Below are positions 26,489 to 27,343 of a DNA stretch of 27,343 nucleotides, piece by piece (position 1 is the stretch's first letter; every line of letters begins with the position of its first letter). Under the pieces are notes generated by a model. The model did not search any database, had not been told where the DNA came from, and saw only the letters and a list, made by a program, of their open reading frames with translations. The stretch lies in the IMG/VR virus record IMGVR_UViG_3300037785_000094, positions 1 through 27,343 of that record; one strand, 5' to 3'. The stretch comes from a virus (taxonomy: Duplodnaviria > Caudoviricetes). The translations under genes and the position numbers were made by a program.

Positions 26489-27232
26489 ATGGAATATTTT
26501 CGGAAGCTTGAGGCTGTTAAGGATCGTCTTTGCGCAGAGCTTGTAAGCAGAGGTGTTGAAGAGAGGTATCTTGGGTTCGGTGACCCTGCGGACATAAGCA
26601 AACCTCCACGAGTACCAACCGATGTTAGATCGGAGTTTTTGGCAAATCGAGCAATGGGTGACTGGGCGGAAAATATTCTTGCAGCTTCAATTAGAAAAGT
26701 ATTGCCAAACAAAAAGGTCGTTCATTATGGCGAATCGGATAGTATCTCAGCTGGCGATTCTGGTTTTAAAGAGTTTTTTATAGAGAGATGGAAAGAGGTT
26801 GGCTTGTACGGCAAACGTCCAGATTTACTTGTCATGGACAAAAGCGTTGAATGCGAAACAGATATTTCTTACCTACCAACCTCTCAATTGACTCAAACTG
26901 TAGAATTGTGCGATTTTTCTATAGAAGTACGATCCAGCAAGTTTGAGGCACTTACGTATATTGATGTAAGAAATAGAGAATGGCAAGAAACAGGGCGGAA
27001 ACCTTCCCAGCTATGTCCCAGCTTCACAGTAAAAGTTGAAGATTTATTGATTGTTTACAGATGGTTGTCACAGAATAGATGTCCGCAACTATACTGCCAA
27101 GTATTTTTTGATAGTATATTTGCAATAAATTTTCTCGATATCTTTGAGATAATCGCTTCAGGAGAGGGCTACAAAATTGAAACTCCTGCGAAGAGTCAAC
27201 TTAAATCTACCATTATGATTCGGCATTGTTAA
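26489..27232 (+). pseudogene. AccI-family type II restriction endonuclease, probably C-terminally truncated by an IS
   Basis: SEFLANRAMGDWAE, GKRPDLL, EVRSSKF, FTVKVEDL; the stop follows immediately after IS-like GGCATTG at 27222. Confidence 0.7.
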
Positions 27233-27343
27233 ACAATCATAGATATTATTTCTAAGCTATGCTACCCTTGCAGAAAAGGGAGGGTTTTGTGGATTATTGT
27301 AAATTTTGTGGTTCGGTCTCATTGGTTAAGAATGGCTTTAATG
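27222..27343 (+). mobile_element. Left end of an insertion sequence (IS1/IS6/IS1595-type), partial
   Basis: GGCATTGTT terminus-like sequence followed by a transposase-like Zn-ribbon ORF start. Confidence 0.6.
27289..27343 (+). CDS. Transposase N-terminal zinc ribbon (3'-partial)
   Basis: GGGAGG SD, then GTG start reading MDYCKFCGSVSLVKNGFN (CxxCxSxxxVKNG). Confidence 0.6.
   Translation, partial: MDYCKFCGSVSLVKNGFN

Overview
The window is the right-hand part of a temperate siphovirus prophage (or phage genome), most likely from an alphaproteobacterial host. On the + strand it runs from a replication module (Cas4-like nuclease, primase-helicase, RuvC-like resolvase, DUF6378-like and DUF6362-like genes) through a putative late promoter, a displaced gpZ-like tail gene, a lambda-like cos site and a ParB-methyltransferase. 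Three small minus-strand genes follow, including a secreted 19-aa-repeat protein. Next come lambda-type packaging and head genes (terS, gpA-type terL, portal, protease-capsid fusion) and a non-contractile tail with a -1 frameshifted chaperone. The tail tip is RcGTA-like (g12-g15), followed by a LamG+SGNH esterase protein and a lysis cassette. The AT-rich right end has a C-protein and an AccI-family restriction endonuclease apparently cut short by an IS element. The most notable non-obvious signals are a lambda PR'-like late promoter next to the DUF6362-like gene (possible new Q-like regulator), a probable two-part iteron origin partly inside the primase gene, and the repeat-protein moron. Family assignments come from motif recognition by eye, not database searches.
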